Assembly (NCBI GenBank): GCA_964016885.1
Contig: OZ024755.1
Location: forward strand, 31,496,001-31,560,000
Origin: Eledone cirrhosa
Taxonomy: Eukaryota
Direction: 5' to 3'
DNA: 64,000 nucleotides
The position numbers and the translations under genes are program-made. Below, piece by piece: positions 13,223 through 25,218 of the stretch; the first letter of the stretch is position 1, and each line of letters starts with the position of its first letter. Below the pieces are notes generated by a model. That model had not been told where the DNA came from, searched no databases, and saw only the letters and a list, made by a program, of their open reading frames with translations.

Positions 13223-14027
13223 TTCCACAGATCTCTTCTTGCTCATATGTTTCATATTTTGGCATGGTTTCTATAGCTGGATGCCGTTCTTGGTGCCAAA
13301 TACCTTACATATACTGGATGTATTTTATCGTGACACCAGCACTACCACTTTACAGAGTGTACTGGGTGTAGTTCATCGTGCCACCAACACTAAGACAATT
13401 GTAATATGTCCAATAAATTCCATTCGTCGCAACACTGATTCTCTTTTTTTTGTGATATCATACTCTGCTCTGTGAGAGCACAAGTGCTCAAACGGCCTAC
13501 CGCAAACAGACGCTTTAAGCATCCAACACCAATTATATATATATAATGACTTAATGCTTGTGTAATACAGACACCTAGACCAGTTAGGGAAGAAGACATT
13601 CATCATTATGTTTTGAATTGTTTCAGTTCTATATTTGAAAAGTGGGTATTAGCCCTGAAATACAATGGATAAAATATTACTGTGTGTGTGTTTATATATA
13701 TATACACACACACATATATGTATATATGTGTGTATATATATGTGTGTACATATGCATACTTACATTTATTGTTGTCAGGTTGCTCTTGAGTGATACTGGT
13801 AACATGTAACCCAGTACAAGCTGTTGCATGGTCGGGTCGTCGGTGACTAAACTGGCAACCCCACCATGTTTGCTTGCTGAGGAGGGTGAATTTTGGACAC
13901 CCTGTGGGACGAAAAACAAAACCTGACAAAGGGCGGAAGAACTCATAAGAGTCAACATCCATCCAATAGTGTATAAATGTGTATATTGTATGGGGGTGGG
14001 GGCGTATGGGACTGAGTCAGTGTGTGT

Positions 14028-14420
14028 CATCATCATCACCGTTTTACGTCCGTTCTTCCACGCTAGCATGGGTTAGACGGGTTGTCCTGTTGTGTGCAGT
14101 GTCTGGTCGGCTGACCATGCCTTGCTCATACAGGAACTGATCTGGCTTGATTTCTACAGCTGGATGCCCTTCCTAACACCAACCTCATTTACAGTGAGTG
14201 CTGGGTGCTTTTGTTTTGCCGTGGCACCTCCACGACCACTTTTCAGTGGAATCATAGGGACCCCAGTCCCTAACATCTCATTTCTACAGCTGAGCAAACT
14301 GGAGCAATGTGAAATAAAGTGTCTTGCTCAAGGAAACAACACATCACCAGGTCTGAGAATTGAACTCACAACCTTTCAATTGCAAGGCCAATGCTCTAAC
14401 CACTAAGCCATGTGCCTCCA
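14028..14420 (-). mobile_element. tRNA-derived SINE with RTE-type 3' tail (family A)
   Basis: Box A tggcttagtgg, box B gagttcaattc, ccttgagcaagacactt central domain; about 190 bp of 3' end nearly identical to LINE 36836-37035. Confidence 0.9.
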
Positions 14421-14616
14421 TATATAAATATATATGTATATACATAAATAGTTATGGGGTCTTGGATTATTCAATCAAAAATATACATAAATATATAAAT
14501 ATACATGTATGTATATATATAAATATATATATACATACATGTACACACACACGCACATATATATATATATAATGAACAGGAATGAAGTATCAATATAACA
14601 TCATTGTGTTGATTCA

Positions 14617-14703
14617 GGTGTGACACATGTTTCATGATTGATGAACTCAAGGTTTGATTGGTATTGATTGGACCTGAATCTAGAATCAATAGCTCGTCAG
14701 ACT
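14617..14703 (-). ncRNA. Degenerate hammerhead motif with extended stem II
   Basis: gt-CTGACGA-gctattgat..(40 nt)..atcaatcat-GAAA-catgt-GTC-ac; homologous to 43022-43108. Confidence 0.55.
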
Positions 14704-14767
14704 TGTATATCCCTTACTTTACACACCAATAAACTGTGTGGTTGACACCAATAAAACTAAAACTTAC

Positions 14768-14836
14768 TTCAGTTGGCCGATTAATTTCTCCATTTTGATC
14801 CGTTCTTTTTTATCTTTATCGGCCTTAACCGGTTCT
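14768..14836 (-). CDS. LKAAEAR1: LKAAEAR1-like exon (EPVKADKDKKERIKMEKLIGQL(K))
   Basis: ttttccag acceptor, gtaagt donor, 69 nt phase 2-2; supplies the LK of LKAAEAR. Confidence 0.9.
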
Positions 14837-14840
14837 CTGG

Positions 14841-15306
14841 AAAATATATACACCCAATACACTGTAAAATATATACACCCAATACACTGTCAAAATTATA
14901 CACTGTAAAATATATACACCCAATACACTGTAAAATATATACACCCAGTACACTGTAAAATATATACACCCAATACACTGTAAAATATATACACCCAGTA
15001 CACTGTAAAATATATACACCCAGTACACTGTAAAATATATACACCCAATACACTGTAAAATATATACACCCAGTACACTGTAAAACATATACACCCAATA
15101 CACTGTAAAACATATACACCCAATACACTGTAAAATATATTCACTAAATACACTGTAAAATATACATTATAAAATATATACACCCAGTATCTGTAAAATA
15201 TATACACGCAGTACACTGTAAAATATATACACCCAATACACTGTAAAATATATACACCCAGTACACTCTGTAAAATATATACACCCAGTACACTCTGTAA
15301 AATATA
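14841..15306. repeat. 25-bp minisatellite, about 18 copies, abutting the exon acceptor
   Basis: Unit aaaatatatacacccaatacactgt. Confidence 0.95.
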
Positions 15307-15363
15307 TTAGAAATAAGGTAACGAAAGGGTTAATGACATAGATAGTGTCTTTCATTAGAAATA

Positions 15364-17625
15364 CTAGCAGAAAACTGTTCTCCGGGTGGTTTTCTGCTAG
15401 CATATGTAGTGCGTATATTTATATCATACACAAATATATATATGCATATAAATATGATACGTAAATTGACAATATGCACATAAATTGAACAAAGACTGTT
15501 ACACTGTCTTCTGTAATCAGTAAAGTAATCCATGACATATTTAAAAAAGACGATAAAGAAGATGGAAAAGTGATGAGATTGTTGATGAATCTTCACTTGA
15601 GAATGTCGATGGAAAGCTTAAACCATTGAATTTGAAAATAGATGTTGCTGGTGGGAATGAATCAATTAGATTTATCCATATGAAGAGTTGACCTTCGCTA
15701 TATTGTTGTTTTACTGTATTCACATATAGACTTCTTAAGTTGTTGTAGCAATTAAAAAAAAATTTGAAATACATTTCAACTAAAAGAGAGTGATAGCTGT
15801 TTCACATCAATGTAGAATTTTTTGTAGACACAGTTTGTCTGCAAACAGACCCCTTTCATTTAATATTTTTATATTTTCTTTTTTTGTAACTCTTGATAAT
15901 GCAACATACATCTGACCATGTGAGAAGAATTGTGTTGGTAGATATACACCTATCTTTTCAAATGTCTGCCCCTGTGCCTTGTTGCATGTAAGGGCAAAGT
16001 CTTGTTTGCGAATAAAGGTGAACGGCAACTCAAGCTCTTGAGATACATGTGCAACCTTATTCCAGCATTGGGACCCAATGCCACTTCAGCTTCAATCACA
16101 TGATTATGTAAACCGATGATGATGTAGCATGTACCATTGCAATGCCCGTTTAGAGGATCCAGATTCCTCAGAAGCATGATGCAACTGCCTTTCTTCAGTT
16201 TAAGTATGGTTGCTGGGAAGCCGGATGGGGTAAGTTTGTTAATGAACTCAATTTGATATTGCAGTTCATTATCTATTGTATCAGAGCTTCTGTAGATTAT
16301 TTCAAGACCAGGGAACTTGTTGACCATGAACTCATTCACCAATTTTGCTGCATTTGTTGGAGTGATAACGGCTCTATTTGCAAGCCATAGTAGTCTAACC
16401 CATGCTAGCGTAGAAAATGGACGTTAAACGAAGATGATGATGATGATGATGAGTGGGTTTGTGTAGATTCCTGGAAGATTTGTATACACAAAATCACACA
16501 GTCCAGACACATTACCATATTCCAGACAAAGTTCATTTGGCAGAGGAATTGTGAATGCACCTACAGTTGGAATGTTACCATTTCCCACATCAAGAAGGTA
16601 GTTTGGAAACTGTCTTTCATCAGAATCCTCTGCATTAATTAACAACTATTTGTGGTCTAGCACCATGACGTACAACTGGAAGAATTTGCTTCCAGTCACC
16701 AGATAGTAATACTGTTAGACCACGAAATGGCTTTGTGCAATCTCAAACATCTTTGAAGCTCCTGTCAAGACATTCGAAGATATGCTTACGTCCCATACCT
16801 ATCTCACCAATGATTAGCAGGTCAGCTTGCTGCATAAGTTTACCTGTGGCATCCCTCTTTGTGAAGGAGCAAGTTGATTCAGCAGTCACATTGAGAGGAA
16901 TCTTACACTTGGAATGAAGAGTTCTACCTTTTTGAAGCAAAGTGGCTGCTATTTCAGATATAGCAGTGACAAGTGCAATCTTCTTTTGAGATCAGAAGTA
17001 ATCCAATAGGTTGTTTATGACATAGGTCTTTCCTGTGCACTTGTATTCAAGCAGAAAATTCTACCTTCATTTTCATTTACAGAGGTGATTACTTTGTGAA
17101 AAATAACCAATTACCCAGGATTCAATGTTGGCAGAAGTTCATTTGTTTGCTTGCAGTTGGAGTGTATTGAAATCAGTTTCTGCCATAAGAACCCTGTTGA
17201 TTTCTGGTATGGCAACTATAGTTGGGTCTGGCCGAGGAAGTCCATAGTTGACATGAATGTCCAAGCCATCATATTGAAGTCTTTGTTGGATCTTCTGTAG
17301 AACAATCTGCACGGTTTGCATGGACATGACTTGCTCATGACGTTCGTGCATGATATCCCCTGCAAGACAATTCTTCCATTTCTCCCAGAACTGCAGAGGG
17401 TCATTTGACATGCTGTACAATAAAATGGTGCTGAAGATCTCTCGCAACTGAGGATCAATCGAATGGATGAGGCCTCTTCCATAGCTTTGTCTTTTTCTCC
17501 ATCTTCATCCAACAGACCAAGTTTCCTGCATGCTTCTTGGAATGTTGGAAATTCAACTCCTTCAATTATCCTGAAATCTTTGTATGAAGTTGACCCAGCC
17601 TTGTGATGTAGGATCATCCTGAGAT
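15364..17625 (-). mobile_element. Decayed Helitron 3' part (PIF1-like helicase) with terminal hairpin and CTAG end
   Basis: GRTLHS, LLRNLDPLNGHCNGT, KAQGQT, FFSHGQMYVALSRV motifs in broken ORFs; hairpin ctagcagaaaac..gttttctgCTAG followed by T. Confidence 0.88.
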
Positions 17626-17815
17626 AATTGTTTCTACGTTTGGCACAAGGCCAGCAATTACCCAGTACATTACTGGTACCTCATTTTATCGACCCTGTAA
17701 GGATGAAAGGCAAAGTTGACCTCGGCGGGATTTGAACTCAGAATGGAAAGGGCTGTAACTCTATGCGTCAAAGCATGGTGTCTGACCCTCTACCGATACT
17801 GCAAATCCACCATCC
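17626..17815 (-). mobile_element. tRNA-derived SINE family B (Nin/Deu-like gcctttcatcc..gggtcgataaaat domain)
   Basis: Box B gagttcaaatcc; near-identical copies at about 29027-29172, 29197-29392, 35393-35590 and (plus strand) 42612-42715. Confidence 0.85.
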
Positions 17816-18054
17816 AGATGTCCTTCTTTTCTTCTTTGCCACTTTTTTTTTGTCAAAGTGAAATATTTAGGAATATTAAAAGGTAGAATATGTGCCAGAG
17901 GACAGATACCAGCGGCCAGTGGTCAAGAGAGAGACAGTCCCCAAGGTGAGTGACAGGCAGAGGAAATATAGAAAATATTGAAAGAGGGGGAGGAGGAGTG
18001 TGTTGGGACACAGAAGGAGGAAATAAATAAAGACGATGTACAAGACAAGTTTAT

Positions 18055-19070
18055 ACACACATCTCCACCCTCATTAGATTATACACACACACGTTCACCC
18101 TCATCAGATGTCACACACACACACATCTCCACCCTCATCAGATGTCACACACACACACATCTCCACCCTCATTAGATGTCACACACACACACACATCTCC
18201 ACCCTCATTAGATTACACACACACACGTTCACCCTCATTAGATTACACACACACACACACATCTCCACCCCCATCAGATGTCACACACATCTCCACCCTC
18301 ATTAGATTACACACACACACGTTCACCCTCATCAGATGTCACACACACACACATCTCCACCCTCATCAGATCACACACACACACATCTCCACCCTCATTA
18401 GATGTCACACACACACGTTCACCCTCATTAGATTACATACACACACGTTCACCCTCATCAGATGTCACACACACCTCCACCCTCATCAGATCACACACAC
18501 ACACACACCTCCACCCTCATTAGATTACACACACACAATCTCCACCCTCATCAGAAAGCACACACACACACGTTCACCCTCACCAGACCACACACACACA
18601 CGTTCACCCTCATTATACCACACACAATCTCCACCTTCATCAGACCACACACATCTCCACCCTCATCATATCACACACACACACACACATGTTCACCCTC
18701 ATCAGACCACAGACACACACACAATCTCCACACTCATCAGACCACACATACACGTTCACCCTCATTATACCACACACATCTCCACCCTCATTAGACCACA
18801 CACACACACATGTTCACCCTCATCAGACCACACACACACACACAATCTCCACCCTCATCAGACCACACATACACGTTCACCCTCATTAGACCACACACAC
18901 ACACACGTTCACCCTCATTAGACCACACACACATTCACCCTCATTAGACCACACACACATCTCAGCCCTCATCAGACCACACACACACACACATCTCAAC
19001 CCTCATCAGACCACACACACACACACGCGCGCGCGCGTAGACCACACACACACATGTTCACCCTCATCAG
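18055..19070. repeat. Compound (CA)n / ccaccctcatcagat minisatellite
   Basis: About 30-35 bp variable units; His/Thr-rich ORFs are artefacts. Confidence 0.93.
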
Positions 19071-19101
19071 ATCTCAGTAAAATCCACAACTTTATATTTA
19101 C

Positions 19102-19154
19102 AAGGACAGCTGCTTTTTAATGTCCACTTCAATTTCACTCGGTGATGAAGTCAT
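19102..19154 (-). CDS. LKAAEAR1: Probable first coding exon of LKAAEAR1-like gene (MTSSPSEIEVDIKKQLS(L)); exon begins at 19173
   Basis: ttatttttag acceptor at 19174, in-exon ATG, TT|gtaaat donor in phase 2 matching the next exon; no homology support. Confidence 0.6.
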
Positions 19155-19269
19155 TATCTTAATTAAATTTCACCTAAAAATAAAACATAAAAAACAACAT
19201 ATATAATAAATAAGTAAAAGGGGACCATCACGTTAATGAATTTTAGAAAATAATTAATAAAACATTTTT

Positions 19270-19670
19270 ACACCTTTCAGAGTGTACTAGGTGTATTTTA
19301 TCATGACACCAGCACTACCACTTTCCAGAGTGTACTGGGTGTATTTTATCATGACACCAGCATTACCACTTTAAGGAGTGTACTGGGTGTATTTTATTAT
19401 GGAACCATCACTACCACTTTACAGAGTGTATTGGGTGTATTTTATCATGACACCAGCATTACCACTTTAAGGAGTGTACTGGGTTCATTTTATTATGGAA
19501 CCATCACTACCACTTTACAGAGTGTATTGGGTGTATTTTATTACGGTAGCAGCACTAACAGTTTACAGAGTGTACTGGGTGTATCTTATCATGGCACCAA
19601 CACTACCACTTTACAGAGTGTACTGGATGTATTTTATCATGACACCAACACTACCACTTTACAGAGTGTA
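19270..19670. repeat. About 48-bp degenerate minisatellite related to the SINE/LINE 3' UTR subrepeat
   Basis: actaccactttacagagtgtactgggtgtattttatcatg units. Confidence 0.85.
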
Positions 19671-19684
19671 CCATTTCTTCCAGC

Positions 19685-20722
19685 CTGACATAGGTTAGTC
19701 GTTAGTGACATGTCAATAAGCAAGAGACAGAATGAGACACACAGGAAAGTATGGAAAAGGAAGGTCTGGAAGCTAAAGGACCTTTCACTTAAATATTAGG
19801 TTTAGGAAAGCCCTAAGGGATGTGTATGATGAGAGAGAAGACGAACTAGAATTGTATGACATAGATGATAACTGGAGTTTCTTACGTAACAACCTTTTGC
19901 AAGGTGACTTGGTGGTGAAAAAGCACGGTAGATAGAGCCATTAAAGACAAAAGACAAGCATGGAAGGATTGAAAAAATAGTGGGAGTAGAGACCGATACT
20001 CAGCCGCTAAAAGAGAGGCTAGACGTCAAGTGTACATAGAACGCAGGGAATTTGCCAATGTTTTGCAACAAGAGGATCAGAGATGTGAGGTGTTTCACAT
20101 TGCAAGGCAGTGTGTCAGTGTAAATCAGGATGTTGTTGGAGATAAGTGTGTCCAAAATGATGCTGGTGCACTTAGCGTAACTGATGCTCAGAAAAAGGAG
20201 GCCTGGAAATGCCATTATGAGAGACTGATGAATGTTGAGAATGAAACTACCCCCAGGAGACCCAACAGAGGGACCAGCTATTGAGAGTGTCAACTATAGG
20301 GTCAAAGAAGCAATTAAAGAAATTAAAAATGGTAAGGCCGCTGGACCATCAGGGATAGTTGCTGAGATGTTGAAGGCATCAGAAGTAGGAACTAAACTAG
20401 TTACACACATAGTCAATCAAGCTATATATGGTGGTGTTATACCCAAAGACTGGTGCAGCAGTATTTTTGTTAATTGCTAATTGATATGTGACGGCTGGAG
20501 AGAAATGAAGCAAGCATGCTCTGATGGATGTGCAATGTCAATGTGCTTGAACGACTGGAAGAGTTGAGAGGGAAACTGTGTATACGAGGAATAAACTGTA
20601 GTGTACAGGAGAAAAGACTGCATTGGTATAGACATGTGATGCGTACGGAAGATGACTGTTGGGTGAAGAAGTGCCAAGAAATCCCAGTGGAAAGAAGACG
20701 CAGTAGAGGAAGACCACGTTTT
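19685..20722 (+). pseudogene. Decayed RTE-LINE fragments with internal deletion
   Basis: KKEAWKCHYERL, GKAAGPSGIVAEMLKAS, VQEKRLHWY similarity to intact copy. Confidence 0.85.
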
Positions 20723-20784
20723 AAAGATATTGACATATCAACATATGAACTTAATGTTATGAGTTCAATATATATATCTATCTA

Positions 20785-21426
20785 TATAGGGCAGGTAAAA
20801 TTCCCGAGATCCATGGACAAGTTCTCTCCAGCGGTCTCTGTCCCTCATCATCGCCGTCATGTCCTGCGTCTCCAAGAGACCAATGTCTGTCCTTAGAGCA
20901 TCAACATACGTTAACCTTGGTCTTCCTCTTCCAGTGTGTCCATGCAGGGCTCCCACAGGAGCACTGAGTGCAGTGTCAACTCTGGATGTCGGTGAGCATG
21001 TCCAGCTAACCTCAGTCTTCTGTGTCACTTTTGAGCTGACTTTTGGGAGGCTCCCGTACAGCTCAGTGGGGCTGAGAATGAATGAGATTAAGACAAAATA
21101 TCTGGTAGAGAATATTGAGAAGCCAGAGGGGATTACTAATGTAGGTGGGAAGCCGCTAGAAATGGTTGAGGACTTCCTGTATTTGGGAGCAAAGATTGGG
21201 AATACGGAAGATGATGTGGTCGAGAGGAAGAGCAAAGCCTGGGCGGCGTGCCACAGCTTGAGACCCGTGTGGAAGTCGGACCTTCGTAAAGACCTGAAAA
21301 TCCGCCTCTTCATTGCTGTAATGGAGTCTGTGCTGCTGTACGGGTCTGAGACTTGGACACAGACCAAGAAACTCACTCAGATGGTAGATGGGTGCTAGAC
21401 GAGAATGCTGAGGATGGCTCTGAACA

Positions 21427-21430
<4 letters not shown>
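20785..21430. mobile_element. Inverted two-part fragment of a distinct RTE-like LINE
   Basis: Minus 20785-20945 encodes the C-terminus GRGRPRLTYVD..RDRDRWR; plus 21060-21430 encodes VEDFLYLG..LLYGSETW. Confidence 0.75.
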
Positions 21431-21469
<39 letters not shown>

Positions 21470-21883
21470 AATAAATACAATATCGGAGAAAGCTTTTTAG
21501 CGATACTCCGGCCAAATTCCAACTCACTCAACAAACATTAGGAAATAAGTGATTATATTCCTAATTATGCGTTCGGGGTGCTAACTAAAAGTATTGCGTG
21601 GAAAATTGGCTGTATTATTTCATATGAGACATATCTTATATATATATATATTAGTGAATTCGGTAAATTTATAGAACACCCTCTCCCGTTCAGTAGGTAG
21701 GAAATTATTGATATTTTTTGTGTTTTCAACGAATCTGACCCCAAATCCACCGAAGGCGACTGATTGGGGGGGGGGGGGGTCACTCAACGTTTTCTTTACA
21801 ATTATTATTTATGTTTGGTTTTAAATGGGATTAAATATCTGTTGAGGAATGTTTCACCTATTCAAATTCGTCACATAACTTAC

Positions 21884-21925
21884 GGCGTCTAAACGTTTGT
21901 CTTTCAGAGTTGCTAACCATTAACC
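21884..21925 (-). promoter_or_regulatory. Candidate 5' UTR first exon / promoter of LKAAEAR1-like gene
   Basis: cc|gtaagt donor at 21883 in a TE-poor CpG-containing tract, next to an X-box-like half site gttgctaac (21909-21917). Confidence 0.3.
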
Positions 21926-22585
21926 TATCATTCCAACAAGCTCAGCTATATACACTAGATACTACTAATGTATAGCCCTTGTGTTGTTGACTCCATAATT
22001 ATAGTTCTATATGGTTTATAATGTAGGAGCAGTTAATAACATACAAGTCCTGTGCTTTTTAAAGTCGGTTTTGTGGGTAAGTTTTATGAAGAAGAACGTA
22101 AAAGGTGATACGATACCTTTGAATATGTGAATTTCAATGATGCCACGCATGGGTCGTTGTTTTTACGTTACTAGGAAACCTAAACGGTGAATAGTGAAAA
22201 CAAAACAGCAGTTAAAACAGTTCCACTAACACATTGTTGTGAATCTGATAATAATTGAATGTATATGTCTTTTTTTATTTTCTCTGATGAATGTTAAAGT
22301 ACGTTTAACTTATTGTAAGCTGATACAGTACAAGTTGGGCATATAATCCCTAGAGTATGGGGCGGAGTTAATGAACAGAGTCGCCTTGTTTTCTTTGTTT
22401 TTTCCCATATAATATTCGTTATATAAATTGTTTATATGTAAATAAAACTACCTTAAAAAATAATAACTCTATTACAAAAAAGTAATACTTTACATAATAA
22501 AAGCAGGCCCCTCGTTGTTGTTGTGGAGACTATCAAGAAAGTCTGGGACACTATAGTCTATAAGAGACGTACATTGTCAAGAATT

Positions 22586-23470
22586 GGTAGACCTGTCTTT
22601 GATGTCACCTACACTCTTGGTCTATTTAGACCTGTCCTTGATGTCACCTACACTCTTGGTCTATTTAGACCTGTCCTTGATGACACCTACACCCTTGGTA
22701 GACCTGTCCTTGATGTCACCTACACCCTTGGTAGACCTGTCCTTGATGTCACCTACACCCTTGGTAGACCTGTCCTTGATGTCACCTACACTCTTGGTCT
22801 ATTTAGACCTGTCCTTGATGACACCTACACCCTTGGTAGACCTGTCCTTGATGTCACCTACACCCTTGGTAGACCTGTCCTTGATGTCACCTACACTCTT
22901 GGTAGACCTGTCCTTGATGTCACCTACACCCTTGGTAGACCTGTCCTTGATGTCACCTACACCCTTGGTAGACCTGTCCTTGATGTCACCTACACCCTTG
23001 GTAGATCTGTCCTTGATGTCACCTACACCCTTGGTAGATCTGTCCTTGATGTCACCTACACTCTTGGTAGACCTGACCTTGATGTCACCGACACTCTTGG
23101 TCTATGTAGACCTGTCCTTGATGTCACCCACACTCGCTTGCTTCAACACATTCAGAACATAAGCTGGCGACATCTGACTTTGAAAGAAACATATGTCGGC
23201 CTACCACACATATCTGTCATTGTACGTAAAAGGGGAGTAGGATTTGCTGGCCACTGCCATTGTGTCACCTATGAGGCTGTATCCCCATTAGTGCTTTGGA
23301 AACCACAAGCAGTCACTAATAACAGGGGGCACAAGCTCTCCTATCCCGATGTCATCTCCAGAGATTCTGGTATTGAAATCCAGGACTTGGCAGCAGCAAT
23401 GAACAACAGACCCACGTGGAGATCAATTGTTGAGTCAATTTTGGCTGAGGCCACCGGATGATGGTGATGG
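22586..23470 (+). mobile_element. RTE-like LINE 3' end whose 5' edge is amplified into a 33/42-bp minisatellite (22586-23133)
   Basis: LDVTHTRLLQHIQNISW..FAGHC..WRSIVE then tgatg tail; repeat unit agacctgtccttgatgtcacctacacccttggt. Confidence 0.8.
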
Positions 23471-23479
23471 TTAATATAG

Positions 23480-25200
23480 AATCTATTGGAGTTTGTTTAT
23501 TATTGATATAGTATTTTGGATGTCAAATGTCTTCTTCACCCACATATTTCTGAGGAGGGTGGTGGGGACACTCTTTCCAGCAGGTCCTGTCAGAAGCAAC
23601 CATTTCCAATTAATCTGGCTGGATACCCAAGCAAAACCAGCCAAGTTCATGAATGTTATCCATTTTGCTTTGGGTTTCCTACAGGCTAGTTTTACCTGTA
23701 AAATCTGACCAGTGATTCTTTCCTGAGACATTCTAACCACATGCCTATTGTATCAGAGCTGTCCAGTGATTCTTTCCTGAGACATTCTAACCACATGCCT
23801 ATTGTATCAGAGCTGTCCAGTGATTCTTTCCTGAGACATTCTAACCACATGCCCATAATATCAGAGCTGTCCAGTGATTCTTTCCTGAGACATTCTAACC
23901 ACATGCCCATAATATCAGAGCTGTCCAGTGATTCTTTCCTGAGACATTCTAACCACATGCCCATAATATCAGAGCTGTCCAGTGATTCTTTCCTGAGACA
24001 TTCTAACCACATGCCCATAATATCAGAGCTGTCCAGTGATTCTTTCCTGAGACATTCTAACCACATGCCCATAATATCAGAGCTGTCCAGTGATTCTTTC
24101 CTGAGACATTCTAACCACATGCCCATAATATCAGAGCTGTGATCTCTCAATTCGGAGAAGTAGCAGTTCTACCTGGAGCGACTCTCTGATCTCCGAGCTG
24201 CGCACTCTATTAAGTAACCTTACTCCAAAGATTCTTTGGAGGAATCCCATTTCAGCCACTTGTATTTGCAATTGTATTCTTTCAGTCATTACCCAAGATT
24301 CATGACCATACGTAAGGGTTGGCACAAATACCAAATTGAAGATAGCGAGTTTGGTTTTTACACCTAACTCCCTTCTTCTGATTACTGCACCAACTCCTGC
24401 AATTCTTGCACTTAATTCAACCTTTTGCATTCCATCACTCGTGAACATGGCCCCGAGATACTTCAACTTCTCCCCCTGATTCAGTGGAACTCTATTTATT
24501 CCCTGCACGGGCTTTCTTAAGAGGATGAGTATCCCAACATTAATTTTCATTCCAGCTGCGCAGCACTCGACATCAAACCTATCAAGTGCATGTTGGAGAT
24601 CACCTTCTCACGAGATAACACCATATTGTCAAGTGTATTTTGGAGTTCCCCTTCTTATCAGGTAACACCATATCGTCAAGTGCATGTTTGAGATCACCTT
24701 CTCACGAGATAAGTAACACCATATCATCATCATCAGGTTTAGCGTCCGTGTTCCACGCTTGCATGGGTTTGGACGGGGGTTTTCCCACTTGAGGCAAGAG
24801 TGGTTGTCTTGCTCGCATAGGACTGTCTGGCGGGTTTTCTACAGTTGGATGCCCTTCCTAACACCAACCACATTTACAGTGTGGGTCTGGGAGGTTTTTA
24901 CCGTGTTGCCTACACGGCCACATTTACAGCGTGGACTGTGTGTTTTTTTGTCGTGACACCTACACGATCTCATTTGTTTCGGCCTGGATGTTGTGGCACC
25001 AACATATCGTTTGTAAATTCCAGCCGACTGATCGTACAATTGCCAGTCATATCACTTCCAACCTGATTGCACATGTCAATCCTGTTTCTAAAAAGAATGA
25101 ACAGGAGAGGTGACAGTACGCACCCTTGGCTGAGTCTGATTCCCACATTAAATGGTTTCAATTTAGCACCATTTATCTGACACAAATACTTGGGCATTCA
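23480..25200 (-). pseudogene. Decayed RTE-like LINE with internal 57-bp minisatellite (23709-24139) and a nested 3'-end insertion (24724-24997)
   Basis: QGCVLSPLLF, LKYLGAMF, PTLTYGHESW, IERSQL; nested piece matches the 3' end at 58150-58435. Confidence 0.82.
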
Positions 25201-25218
25201 TATAGAAATGTGTGACCC

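Noticed and set aside
14330-14420. tRNA gene-like sequence (also about 27080-27170, 31560-31632)
   Set aside because: A/B boxes continue into SINE bodies; these are SINE heads, not tRNA genes
18055-19070. Many CTGATGAG motifs on the minus strand (possible ribozyme array)
   Set aside because: No stem II, GAAA or NUH partner; simple CA-rich repeat
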